The notes under the pieces are model-generated. The model was not told the origin of the DNA, ran no database searches, and saw nothing but the letters and a program-made list of their open reading frames with translations. Below are positions 1 to 13,277 of a stretch of 64,000 nucleotides of DNA, in pieces. Every line of letters begins with the position of its first letter. Position 1 is the first letter of the stretch. Origin of the DNA: Intoshia linei (lineage: Eukaryota; Animalia; Orthonectida); contig LWCA01000062.1 of NCBI GenBank assembly GCA_001642005.1, positions 1 to 64,000 on the forward strand. The letters run 5' to 3'. The position numbers were made by a program, and so were the translations under genes.

Positions 1-99
1 AATGTGGACTTTATAAAATTCTAAGACTAATAGTTATTGAAATAAACGATAACAAAGACACAGACTAACAAATCATATGATATAAGTAAGGATTATTAT

Positions 100-587
100 A
101 TAATAATTATTATATAATTATATCTTCAGGAGCAAAACCATAAATTACCCTTTGTTTTTTAATGAAAACAGCCCTAGAATTAAAAAAAATTTACAGGTAA
201 TACGGTTGTATCCTGTTAACACACACAAAAAATTTCAATCTTAATAAGTGAAACCTTTACGGTCAAAAAAGCATTTTAGTATTCATATATTTTGTTTCTG
301 AAATATTTTATTAAAACAAAAACTGAAATAATTGACGCTCTGATAATTAAAAAAAAGTTTATTCTGATAGAGCTTATTCGAGTTGATATAAATACAAAAT
401 TTCAACCCCAGAAATCTACGCATTCCCGGTGAAAAATAATTTTTAATATATTATCAATCCATATTTTTCAAATTTTTCAATTAAAATAAAAATTGAAAAT
501 TTAAATATTAATCCTACAATTTCAATAAAAATGTGCCCTCGGCAGAGCTAGGTGCTGTTTGTAAGTAGTACATAACAGTCAACCTAG
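100..587 (+). mobile_element. Helitron 3' portion (a minus-strand 5' end lies at 1-92)
   Basis: Homologous to 20440-20770 and ends with the same hairpin and CTAG|T. Confidence 0.75.
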
Positions 588-896
588 TAATATTATAATA
601 TGACATTAATATGTGTCGTATACCAAAATATATATCAAAGAGAAGGTAGGGGACAGAAGAGAGATAAAGGGAGACATAACTTTTATTTTAATAAACGTAT
701 GTTTCAAATTGAAGTTGATAATTTTTAAATTGATATCTCATTTTGCTCGCTTTTCGTATACAATAATATTTAATGGATTCGGCTCGGTCTCATTTAGATC
801 AGTAAAAAAAACTGCAAATTAATTTTTTTTGACAATCACACAACTAGCATGTCGTTTATCATTTTATTCATCCGTTTCTATAAAAAAATAATTACC

Positions 897-3800
897 TGTT
901 GCTAATGCACTCAATAAGGCTAAGTACCTAAAATAGTAATTTACAACATATTTGAAATTATAAAAAATGTATACCCACAATTTCGTCCCATAACTTCGAG
1001 GATGAAACATCTTTGATGGCTAAATAAATACTATAGAATTGTATTTTTAAGCCGTAAAATGCTTAGATTTAATAATTATCCTAAATCCTACGTCAGAGTC
1101 ACCAAATTGGACCATTTCAACTCTATGGTAGAATGAAATTCAAATGAAAAAAACGGAACGGACCGTAAATCTGTTAAATATATTAATTAAATATACATTG
1201 ATTTTTTCTTTTTTTAAAGTAGTTCAATTTTAAAGTTTCGCATTGTTTCCGGTACGTGTTGATGAGTTTCAGCATAGTAAAATTAATTTGGTATTACAGT
1301 AGCAACCGATTACACGAACCATGGACCAGTAGTAAAAAGTGGACCACTTTTTAAAAATTTATAAATTTTCACTCAATCAAACCTCACATTATCTTTTTTT
1401 TATAAATTAATAAAAATTCTGACCAAAAATTTCAATCTTAACAAGTGACGCATTCACATTCAAAACAAACAGTTTATTTTTTATTTTTAAATTTGCAATT
1501 ATTTGATTAAAAAATCAAAAATCAAAAAATTTTATTAAATATTTAAATTAATATTTTCGTTGTTGCAACTTGCAAAAATTAGAATTAGTAATTAATGTGT
1601 TTACAATGATCAATTTAATTTATGTCTTCACTTAAAAATTCAACTGCAAAAAATTTTAAACCGTTATAACGTAAATATCGATAATTGGTCAATATTAATT
1701 TCTACATTTAAATATGCAAACAATTTAATACATTTAAAATTACATTTTAATTAATATCCTTACAATTCAATATATTACAATACAAGGCATAACGTAATTT
1801 TACAATGTTTATCTATTGGTTACTATTTATTTAAGAAAGTACTCGGCGTAGAATTTTTAAAATACCCATTTCTAATACGATTTTTAAAGGGTGATGTTTT
1901 ATCGTAAATTTAACTTTCAGAAAGATGAATCTTTAAGGTCAAAATCACTAATTATCCTTTTTTTAAAATTAAAATTATCGATTCCTAGAATTATAAAAAA
2001 TACAAAATCTAACATCTTCACGGCAAAAACCTAACTTACCCTTTTTTGGAACAATGAAAAGTACTAAAATGTTATATAACATAAATTGCGGGTAAGTTTT
2101 AAAATCATAAACATTATCATACTTGCAAACCTAAAAAAAATAATTTTCACGATCAAAACCCATATTACCCTTTTTATAAAAAATGAAAATAATCCCAAAA
2201 TTTAAAAAAAAAAATTTAATAAAAAATTTTACTATGAAAAAGTGATGCCTTCAAAAAACACTTTAGTATTCATTTTTATTTATTTTGTAACTATTTTTAT
2301 TTGAAAAAAAATTGAAATAATAAATCAATAGGTCATATAATTAAAAACAAGACATTATTCTGATACTTCTTATTCCAGCTGATAAATATACAAAATTTCA
2401 AACCCAAAAATTACGCATTCTCGGTGAAAAAAAACTTTGGATTTGGATTAAAATTAAAAATTAATCCTACAATTTCAAAAAAAATGTGCATTTGAACGTT
2501 TGAACATTGAATGACTCTAGACATTTCCAATAATGAGATATGGGTGGAATTCTCATATATTGATTGCTTCGAGTATGTTCAATGCCACAAAATTTTTCAT
2601 TTTCAATTACTCATTTTAACATGTAAATTAAAAGATAATGTGAAATGACCGGTCCATGGTGAAATAAGTTAGAGAACCGATCCATTAAAGGATTGATAAT
2701 AGTTAATAGTGACATTTTTAAGTAAGATTTTATTATTGAATCTATTTTTTGGTAGAATTAAAAAAGTGCGACCTCGATAGAACTAGGTGCTGTTTGTACA
2801 AAGTACATAACAGTCAACCTAGTATTATCATAAAAAAACAAACATAAAATAATTTTAAATTTTAATAATAAGATTTTGTAATAAATGTATTTTTTTGTAT
2901 AATTCAAAAAAGTCTAAACGCGGCAGGCTAGGCACTGTTTTTAAAAAGTACACAAAGTCAAGATATCAACAATAAATTTTTTTATATTTTCTACCTAAAG
3001 GCAGTGGTTGAAATGTGATCAATAGATTCGATAATTCTGTGTAAAGCTGAATCTGCTCCAATAGTCATATCTGTACCATAAAAGTCATTATCTATCGATC
3101 CCACGATTCCAACAATGTTGAATTTCATTTTTAGTCTATATTCCTCTTGGTTGATTTCGTCTAATATAGTAAAATAATCTAGTACGTTAACAGGTTCATT
3201 GAAATAACCAGTAAAATACAATACGTATCAATCAATGAAAATAAAATATCAATTTAATTAAAATTGTATTGTACTAATGAAACAGTTGACATTTACTGAT
3301 TTATATAATCATACCATTTTTGTATAATTCTTCAATTAAACTTTCCCACTCTGATCTAAATGTATCTGCACCAGTGAGACTACCATCACCTAACATAATT
3401 TTGATAAAATATTAAAAATGCGTAACCTCCAATTACAATTAAATTTACTATTTTTCGTTTGACCAAGTTTAGAGCGGCTTTATATCGACCCTCACGTGTT
3501 CTAAATTCCTTACACCTTGAACTTCCCAAAACGGTGCCGCCCTAATTACAATTATAATACATGTACATAAGGGTGTCACATCAAATATTTTTTTTAAGAA
3601 ATTCAAAAACATACCCAGTAGATTAGATGTAATTTGATAAAAAAATAACAATCCAATGACTAATTCTGAAAAATACTTATTAATGACTCAGCGTTGATTA
3701 ATTAAGTTAACCCACAAACATTGATTAAACCCCAAAACATAATGATCATAATAATTATAATTATAAAAAAAATATTTTCGTTATTATAAAATAAAGTAAA

Positions 3801-5935
3801 TTGTAAATGATGCAGCTAAACTCGTTTTATTAAAATATACAAATATTTTTAATTTTTCTCTATAAACAAAGCAGAAATTTCACTTTTTGTAAAAAAAATT
3901 AAGAAAAACATAAAAATAAACTTAAATTTAGCTCTTTTTTGTTAATTAAAAATTGATCAACGCTGAGTCATTAATGAGTATTTTTCAAAATTAGTCATCG
4001 GATTGTCATTTTTTTATTAAATTACATCTAATCTACTGGGTATGTTTTTGAATTTCTTAAACAAAATATTTGATGTGACACCCTAAGTTACACTTTATTA
4101 ATGCAATTTTATTACCTTTTGAATTATACCCGACACATCCACCCAATTTGATTTAGTTATATAATTTTCACCTTTAATCAGTCCAATGTAACCCTAATAT
4201 TTTATATATTACAAGTCGCAATCGCTTTCAATTATATAACATTACATTTTAAAAAGATGCATTTTCCGATTTTTACACGATTATCCTTATAAACCCCATT
4301 AAATTATAATATAATTATGTTAATATTGTTGGAAANAAAACAAAATCATCATAATAATTATAAAAAAAATATTTTCGTTATTATAAAATAAAGTATATTG
4401 CAAATGATGCAGCTGATCGCGTTTTATTAAAATATACAAACATTTTTAATTTTTCTCCACAAACAAAGCAGGAATTTAAGTTTTTGTAAAAAAAAATTAA
4501 GAAAAACATGAAAATAAACTTAAATTTAGCTCTATTTTGTTAATTACTTAATTGATCAACGCTGAGTCATTGATGAGTATTTTTCAAAATTAGTCATCGG
4601 ATTGTCATTTTTTTTCAAATTAAATCTAATCTACTGGGTATGTTTTTGAATTTCTTAAAAAAAATATTTGATGTGACACCCTAGTGTACATTCTCCTTAT
4701 CATTATATTCTATGTATATTATGGAATTCACAGCCAATCCTTTTGGCCAAATATCCTCCTTACATTATAATAATAATAATGTATATTTATTTAATGAGAA
4801 GGATGGTTTTGTTTCTTTGAGGACAGTAATGCAATATTTATAGATATATGTGAAGAAGAAACACTATTCTANCCCCAAAACATAATGATCATAATAATTA
4901 TAATTATAAAAAAAATATTTTCGTTATTATAAAATAAAGTAAATTGTAAATGATGCAGCTAAACTCGTTTTATTAAAATATACAAATATTTTTAATTTTT
5001 CTCTATAAACAAAGCAGAAATTTCACTTTTTGTAAAAAAAATTAAGAAAAACATAAAAATAAACTTAAATTTAGCTCTTTTTTGTTAATTAAAAATTGAT
5101 CAACGCTGAGTCATTAATGAGTATTTTTCAAAATTAGTCATCGGATTGTCATTTTTTTATTAAATTACATCTAATCTACTGGGTATGTTTTTGAATTTCT
5201 TAAACAAAATATTTGATGTGACACCCTAAGTTACACTTTATTAATGCAATTTTATTACCTTTTGAATTATACCCGACACATCCACCCAATTTGATTTAGT
5301 TATATAATTTTCACCTTTAATCAGTCCAATGTAACCCTAATATTTTATATATTACAAGTCGCAATCGCTTTCAATTATATAACATTACATTTTAAAAAGA
5401 TGCATTTTCCGATTTTTACACGATTATCCTTATAAACCCCATTAAATTATAATATAATTATGTTAATATTGTTGGAAATGTAAAAAATGTTGCAATTGGA
5501 AATGTACAAAATTTATCAAACCGTATGTATTATTTTGTGAAAAAATTGTATGTATTAATTTGAATGGATAGACAGCTCAGTTAAAAATGACTAACACAAT
5601 TATAGTGGATTAACTATACAAGTGTAAGTAACGTAAATAAGCTTTTAATGTATGAATGGTTCAGGAATTTCTAAACATCATACATGATAATAAATAATTT
5701 AATACCTCTTTGACCATATAAACTTCGGATCCTAAATAAATGCCCATCCTTACCACAGCCCGAATAGCAGCATTCATACCTGAAAATGGGCAGTCATATG
5801 AATTTCAATAATTTAACCTTGACAGTCTCCACCACTCGTCAAAACTGCAATGGACGCTAAATTTCCAATGTTCAAGCTTGTGATAGATGATCCTTCATGA
5901 CCAATGCTATTCACAATTGATAATCTGCGTTCCAT
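897..5935 (-). CDS. PFK: ATP-dependent 6-phosphofructokinase, 5' exons (gene presumably continues past the left window edge)
   Basis: Spliced exons give MERRLS...[11 protein letters not shown]|[13 protein letters not shown]|[17 protein letters not shown]|[19 protein letters not shown]|GDGSLTGA|..[28 protein letters not shown]|[16 protein letters not shown]|YLAL. All are PFK signature motifs, joined by GT-AG introns (the first is 38 nt). Confidence 0.95.
1960..2822 (+). mobile_element. Helitron 3' portion in a PFK intron
   Basis: Family subrepeats plus the terminal GTACATAACAGTCAACCTAG|T; left boundary approximate. Confidence 0.75.
3571..4083. mobile_element. PIF/Harbinger (Tourist-like) MITE in a PFK intron
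   Basis: Long TIRs (about 140 bp) GGGTGTCACATCAAATA..TATTTGATGTGACACCC with a 3-bp TAA TSD on both sides; partial copies end at about 4681 and 5226. Confidence 0.85.
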
Positions 5936-6058
5936 ATTTTAAATTAAATAAATAGTTACTAATGGAAATTGAGATTGATTACTTTTAGTTATATATGTAG
6001 TTCACGAGATTTGAGAACATTAAAAATGTATTAACAAATGTACAATTAATTAATTTAA

Positions 6059-7200
6059 TTATTCAGTCCATTTATTGAGACATTCTTCATTGCAGCAAAC
6101 ATAATATAGCCGCATTCCCTCCTAGATGAAAAAATTACATTACCAAATCAATATCATACAGATAAAGACTTTGATTGAAAAAACACAGCCTCTTTTCTTT
6201 TACATTTAGGACACGCATGTTCTTCTGTTCTAAATTTCATTTAATATAAACCAAAAAACTTTTACCTAGGTAATGATGGGTCCGATATAACGTCGGGAAC
6301 AATTTGAGTTAATTCGCTAAGAATATAATATATTACAATATATTTATTTAATTTTTTTACTCAGTTTCATGTTTTATATTATTAACGTATACACAATTGT
6401 TGCTCGCTACTTCTTCAAAATGACAGTTTCTACACTTTCAGGATTATTTAGTATATATTTAAATTTACCACAAACATTAATACTTTCTCTTGTTCGTTAG
6501 GTTTAGGGTACAACATGTTGTTACTAAAATGTAAAATTGAGTCGTGTACGTCAATATGCTATTCACATTATTCATAATTAAACGAAATTAAAATTAAAGT
6601 TTTAATAATTCTAAATTTCATTTTAATCGAATGTCATGTTTTTAAACTTTTAGTACGGTTTTAAATTCAATGCATATTTTCAATAAATGCTTACCGATTA
6701 TCAATGACATGATGGTCAAGATTATTTATAATACTATTTAATCATTAAATTCTAACGTTAATCAAAAATAAATTCATTGTAAAAAGTATAATTAATAATT
6801 TATAACTTTATAAGTCATGACATATCCCACCAGGAGTGTCAGCATTTTATGTTAAACTATATGATTTTTTTTAAATTAAAATAAATATTCTCTTATAATC
6901 AATATAGTAATATACAGTGTTTTATTAATGAAATTAAATGTTTCATTGTGTACCATGATGACCCTTGTTAGAAAGTTAGTATATTGTGCTCATTCTAAAG
7001 AAATTAATATCGATTCCATAGTATAGTGAAAAAATATAAACATTTTAAATTAACAGTAATAAATAATAAAGTCAAACATTATATATATTCTTAACAGTAA
7101 TTACCCAGAAAGTCATATGAGACGAATTCGTGTTGAATAAAATATTAAAATATTACCATTCTTGACAAAATACAACTGATGTAAATGCCTTTTTGACCAT
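6059..7200 (-). CDS. POLR2I: RNA polymerase II subunit RPB9
   Basis: MVKKAFTSVVFCQEC|NNMLYPK..|CRNC..NCVY..|ELTQIVPDVISDPSLP|RTEEHACPKC..EAVFFQ|EGMRLYYVC..C..KWTE*; two zinc ribbons; missed by the ORF track because of short exons. Confidence 0.93.
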
Positions 7201-7539
7201 TTTATTTTCGTTTATAGATTAGTTAATTTATAGATTGAAATTTGAAAAAACAATAAACATTTTTTACTTTTAAATAAATTAAAATCATATCGTTACCTTA
7301 TATACCAAATAATAAGATTTTCAATTTTTACTAAAGTTCAGATTGATTTAAATATTATTAAATTTTTTTGAACAATTTGTTGTTAAATTACAATTATTGT
7401 ATGTCGAGATTCGAATATCAACTTTTTATGTCTTTTATGATTTATGATTTTTATGTGTAGCTAGCAATAGTCATATGATTATCACCTACGTATAATGAGT
7501 GTGATATATGATGCCATTTATAGATATAATATTTCAACG

Positions 7540-8663
7540 TAAAAATTGTCATAAATAGCATAACTTCCCGCAAAATAAAATTATAAAAACTTATTTTTTC
7601 ATTTTCAGTGTGATGGTATATATTCAGTACTAATTTAATAAATACTTAAAAATACCAATTATGTATCAGTAATTAACGGAATCTTTACTTTATAAACATC
7701 TCAGTCGAATTTTACCAAAATTGCAAAGGATTATAATGAATATAAATACATTATTTAAACACACAATAAATAAATAAATACAACAACAATACAAACAACA
7801 TTAACAAAGTTGTATTACTTTTAGTTTCTATTTAAATTTTATTAAAAATGTTTTGAAAATGAGAATTTGAAATTTAAAAATTGCGTAGCAATGAAAAAAA
7901 TTCCAAAAGCATGAATTATATAGATTTTCACCCATATTTCTATATTGGAAATGTGTAGACGTACAATGCAAATTCTTTTTAAAATTGTGGGATCAATATT
8001 TACATTTTTAACTTTTTTAATTGAAATATTTGAAAAATATGGGTTGATAATATATTAAAAATTATTTTTCATCGGGAATGCGTAGATTTCTCGGGTTACT
8101 TTTGCATGTATATCAATTGGAATAAGCTCTATCAGAATAATCTTCTTTTTTTAATTTTTGGAGGGTTTATTATTTCACATTTTTTGTTTTAATAAAATAT
8201 TTCGGAAAAAAAATATATGAATACTAAAATGCTTTTTTGACCATGAAGTCATCGATTATTCGGATTGAAATTTTTTGTGTGTGTTAACAGGATACAACTG
8301 TACCACCCGTAATTTTTTTTAAATTTTAGGGCTTTTTTCATTAAAAAAGAAGGTAATTTGTGGTTTTGGTCCTGAAGATATAATTTTTTTAAATTTAAAT
8401 TTATGATAATGTTTATGATTTTAAAATCCGTATCAGCGTATACATTTTTTAAAATTCTCCAACTCGTGTGATTTTCAAAAAAAAAACAATTGGGCTTTTT
8501 GACCCGTAAGATGTGAGTTTGAGAGGTTGAAATTTATCTTATTATTACCCCCACAAAGAACTGAATTGAAATGTGGACTTTATAAAATTATAAGACTGGT
8601 AGTTATTTCAATAAAGTGGAACACACACAAACAAATATTGCGTAGCATATTATATAAGTAAGA
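7540..8663 (-). mobile_element. Helitron 5' portion
   Basis: Reverse complement of TCTTACTTATATAATATGCTACGC at 8663; body homologous to 20153-22320. Confidence 0.75.
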
Positions 8664-9940
8664 ATAGCAATGAAAATACAATTGTATTGTTAACACAAGT
8701 CGAACTTAAGATAAAAGTTACGGAATAAGTGCATTATAAGTGATCTGCGAATTATGTTATTATTAGAGCATTACAATAGAAATCTTATGTATTAAGCCAA
8801 AGCTTCCCACACTTTTTTCATGATGGGCCTGTAGTAAATTATAAAATTTATCGCGTACCGGTAAAAATTTTTTTTGACTGGAGGATTGTCAATAATATTT
8901 CGAGCTATAACTGTAATAAGTTTACTAACCCATTCTACTAATTTGATATTTTCAATAAACTTCCTAATAGTGGAATTTGATGCCCGATTAAATGAAAAAA
9001 TTTGTTATTATATCATTTACACAAATTATTCATTATAGCAAAATTATAGTCCGTAGCATTATTTTATTTTCAAGTACTTAGTACAATAAATAAGTACGCA
9101 ATTATAATTATTTAATGTGTGCGATTTTTGTCTGTGCCGTTTTTGTATGTGCCATTTTTGTAGATAAACACCGAGCTTGAGGTCATTTGATTATGAAATA
9201 AAGGTCCTAAAAAAAATTAGCAAACCGATTGTAGTATTTTATGTTACCTCTTTAAGGTCTTGACTAAAAACTTTTAATTTACAAACAAAATAGTTATGAT
9301 ATTCAAGTGCAATGTATATAATATAATTAGTAGAAATGATGCCCAATTTACAAAAATTTCGCCGAGGCCATCCGAACGGGGTCTCAATACGTTAGGCTGA
9401 ATACTGATCATTATGCTATTAAATTAATGGTAATTATCATACTTAAAGCGCATGTTTCCTTAAAAATGTGACATATTAATAATAATAAAACTAAAAATTT
9501 ATTGAAAAAAACCAAAACCATAATTTTCTCGAAAATAAACTGTGTGTAGTAACAAGTTATTTTAAAAGTTTTTTCTAGTGCACCATTACATTTACAAACT
9601 ATTTTTTCACTGAAATTCTTTTATTTAGGGCGGCGTGCATATTTTTACACCAACGGGAATTAAACCCAAATAAAATTTTATACTACTACATCGATCGCTT
9701 GTAAGCGACTTTAACATTAAAAAAATCCACAACTTGCAGTGTGTGTGAGTTGACATTTTTATGATTTTGCCTCTGTTGAGGCAGAGTGACTACCCCTAGT
9801 TATATTGACTAAATTTAAATTTTTCACTACATTATTCACATAGTTCAAATAAATACCAAATATAAAAAAGTTGCTATGTGGTAAACGCAACAAACAAAAA
9901 TTAGTATAGATACATAATATAAACATAAATATCATACTAA

Positions 9941-10889
9941 ATGTCAAATTTGGGTTCAGAGGAAATAGAAGAAGAACAGGGACCATATTTGGGAGAATAC
10001 GAAGGCGAAAGAAACCAAAAAGACGAAAGACATGGTCGAGGTAAAGCAATTTTGCCAAACGGAGACACATATGAAGGAGATTATGAAAATGGTCAAAGAA
10101 ACGGTACAGGCATATATAAATTTAAAAATGGAGCTCGTTACACTGGAGAATGGTTAAGAAATAAAAAACACGGTACAGGAACATTTGCATTTCCAGATGG
10201 ATCTAAATATGAAGGATCCTGGAGTGAAGACCAAAGAAATGGAATAGGAAAATATTGTAATTTTTATTTTATTTTCCTGAACGTGAATTAATTTATTTTT
10301 AGATTACGTCAATGGAGACATTTATGATGGCGAATGGCTAAATCATGAAAGATCTGGCCAAGGATCATACACAAATGCTAAAACGGAATCAACATATATT
10401 GGAGTTTTTCACGAAGGTAAAATGAGTGGTATGGGAGAAGTTGTTTATGGTACCTACAAATTTATTGGATCATTCAAAGAGAATAAACCTGAAGGTAAAG
10501 GAAAATTTGTATTTGCAAATCAGTGTGTTCAAACCGGTGAATATAATTGGGTTGAAAAACCAAATATTGCTGGGGATGAGGATGAAACTGTCATTGTTCC
10601 AGTTTGGAATGCTGAAGATTTAAATATTGTGTCACAATTTCATACAGATGAGTCAATTATTAAAGATATCGTTATATCTGAAGATCCGATACCAGAAGAT
10701 TTAGATGATAAAATCGATTTACATAATTCTGTTAATGAAGCAGTTGAAGAAATTGCTGAGCCGACTGCAGAAAATGAAGCTTTACTAGAAAATTTTGATA
10801 ACGTGGATAACGTTGAGAAAACTGCAGAGGAGCTAACGGAAGAACCTAAAACAGATGAACCAGAACTTGTAGAAGAGAAGGAAGAATAA
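9941..10889 (+). CDS. RSPH1: Radial spoke head protein 1 homolog (MORN repeats, acidic tail), 2 exons
   Basis: [47 protein letters not shown] repeats; one short intron at about 10257-10302; Glu-rich C-terminus. Confidence 0.9.
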
Positions 10890-11067
10890 ATTGTATATTT
10901 ACATAAAACATTATTAAAACATTTCTTATTCTTTGAAACTCATTAGATTTATTTCAAAATATCATTCCTCTATAATAGGATTCAGAACCTTATTTAGCTC
11001 TCTTTTTTGACATAAAAACTTTCAATAACAACATAAATGGGATATCAATCCTTACCTTTATAAATTA

Positions 11068-11593
11068 CTAGCTTGACTGTTATGTAGATCATACAAACAT
11101 TCGTTTTAAATCACTTAATGGACTAAAAATGTTTTTATTCTTAGCATTAAAGAGTTCAGTAGACCAAAATCGAACTTAACATACTCGCGAGCCAGCAAAA
11201 AATCAAAAATAAGCACCTAAATTTTTTTCATAAATATCTATTATAATTTTATTTTTTATAAAATTTGAGGATTTTTTGATTTCTAAAAAAAAAAGTAATC
11301 TGGGGATTTGATCGTGAAAAAACACTTTTCTGAGATTTCGATTATTGATAATAGTTATTATTTTAAAATTTTTATCAGACTGTATTTTTGTAATTCTAAG
11401 ACTCGTTTGAATTTTAAAAAAATGGAAAATTGGGTTTTTGACCATAAAGGATTCAAATTCGCAAACTGAAAAATAAATATCAACATCCCCTGTGAAAAAT
11501 CGTATTAGAAATTGGGATTTTTTAATTCTACGACTGTTCATTTTTTAAATATACGGTAACACACAGATATTTAATTTTATATAAGTAAATGGA
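11068..11593 (-). mobile_element. Short non-autonomous Helitron (same 3' end family)
   Basis: Minus strand starts TCCATTTACTTATATAAA and ends TACATAACAGTCAAGCTAG|T. Confidence 0.65.
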
Positions 11594-12278
11594 TTATTTC
11601 ATATATTTTTTAAAGCTCAGAATTCTAATTTTTATTGGTCACATACAATATATAATTATATAATATAATAAACAACTATATATATTGTATGTCGAAATGT
11701 GTCGTTTATATATTTTGCAAATTAATTTTATTTTATTCAAAACAACAAATGTTCCAAATTAAAGTTTTTTATTTTAAAATTGATATTCTCTGCGCAACAT
11801 TTTGATATAAGAAACATCTTGGCTATAACACATATCAGAAACTATAAGAAATATGCGACAATAACTTATAAATGGCAAGCTATTATTTGTCGAAATTCGA
11901 GCGAATTATAATGAAATAGAATATAAACTATAATAATGTATTTCTTTTTTAAAGTTGATGAAATATTGTTTTAATATTAATGACTAATGTGGTAAGCTTT
12001 AAACTGTAAGATCTCCTCGTTTTGAAATTTGGAGTCTATTTCTCTTTTCTGTTATAACAAACAGTTATGTACGACTAAAACAACACTAAACGAGCATTTT
12101 GCTAAATAAGAAAATCAAAATTGCAACAAGGCCATCATACCAAAATTATATAGTTTTTTAAAATTTTTTCAGTAAGCCACATCATATATCCTTTGATTCT
12201 AATTACAGTTTGTAAATATTTATCATTTGTATATTAAAACAATATAAATACAATAATATTGGTATATGTCGTATAGAA

Positions 12279-12730
12279 CAGTGGTTGCCAAATTGTGCGC
12301 TTGACCTCACCAGGGGGACTACAGAGTCTGAGCTGGGCCGCAAATTTAAGAAAAATTTTACAATAAAATTAGAATTGTTGATATTAATTTGATTTAGTAT
12401 TTGATATTTAGTATATTTTTGAAATTTGAGTTATTTTGGATTATAATAAATTTAAATGTTATTAACCCTTACGAGACAATAACACGTATATAAACAAAAA
12501 AGAATCATCAGTCATCAATTTACAATTGTTTGTATACTAGGTTCTAGTAACTAGGATGTCATCTAATAACTAAAAAAAAATTAGTAATATTAATATTAAA
12601 AGATATCTTTTTTTAATCGCTGTAATAATAATATAATAAACATATTCACTATGTTGTACTAATTAATCTTCTCTAAAAATATTTGTATACAGTTAGGGGG
12701 GTCAACAATATATTTTTTTGGGAACCACTG
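12279..12730. mobile_element. hAT MITE
   Basis: TIR CAGTGGTT(G/C)CCAAA; perfect 8-bp TSD GTATAGAA. Confidence 0.9.
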
Positions 12731-13277
12731 GTATAGAATGTGTAAAACTGTGAAATGTACACATTCTATGGGAAAGTCGTAGAATGTATACATTTCATGG
12801 ATGACTCGTAGAATGTGTAAAATTTTCATTTTTTGAACTAAATTTAAAAGGGGGATTTTAGAAATTTTTTTTTAATCAAACTTTCAAGGGGATTTTAAGA
12901 TTTTGATTTAACGATATTTTCAAGGGAGTTTTTAAGATTTACCAGGCCCACTAAAAATTGTAGGCCCACCAAATTTCAAATATCTACCAAAAATTTCATC
13001 ATCTCCCACTGGTGGAAAACACAGGTTTAAAGGTTAATACCATTAACTATTTTCTAGTAGTGCATATGACTTTTTTAAAAGGTCTGTTGTTTGACTGTTA
13101 TTCAGTGTTATATTGACATTGCAATAAAGATGTAATAAAATATTGCGTTACATTGATATATAAATATTGGACTTATGCATATAAATGGAATTGTAATATG
13201 CGTATTTTTTTGTATAAACATATTTTTAGCAATGTCACCAGTATTCACAATGTCTAATATGTTATCCTAATCAGCCA

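Noticed and set aside
4336-5475. Apparent tandem duplication of PFK exon 3 plus the MITE half (4873-5475 matches about 3729-4335), suggesting alternative exons
   Set aside because: The copies are essentially identical and bounded by single Ns (4336, 4872). The middle MITE copy has a different flank (TAG). This is most likely a scaffolding artefact at a repeat.
9335-9412. Possible C/D snoRNA (ATGATG..CTGA with complementary ends)
   Set aside because: The C box is imperfect (ATGATGC) and I cannot recognise an rRNA or snRNA guide; unsupported.
9759-10070. Antisense or shadow ORFs over real genes (also 10426, 34915, 39218, 43135, 48861, 61707, 63666)
   Set aside because: They are short, mostly have non-ATG starts and have no splice path into them; expected by-products of coding sequence.
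11203-11541. I/F/K/N-rich ORFs in repeats (also 613, 33329, 46103, 53243, 58604, 60272, 61022)
   Set aside because: Most lie within Helitron or MITE sequence, and all reflect AT-rich composition with no domain signal.
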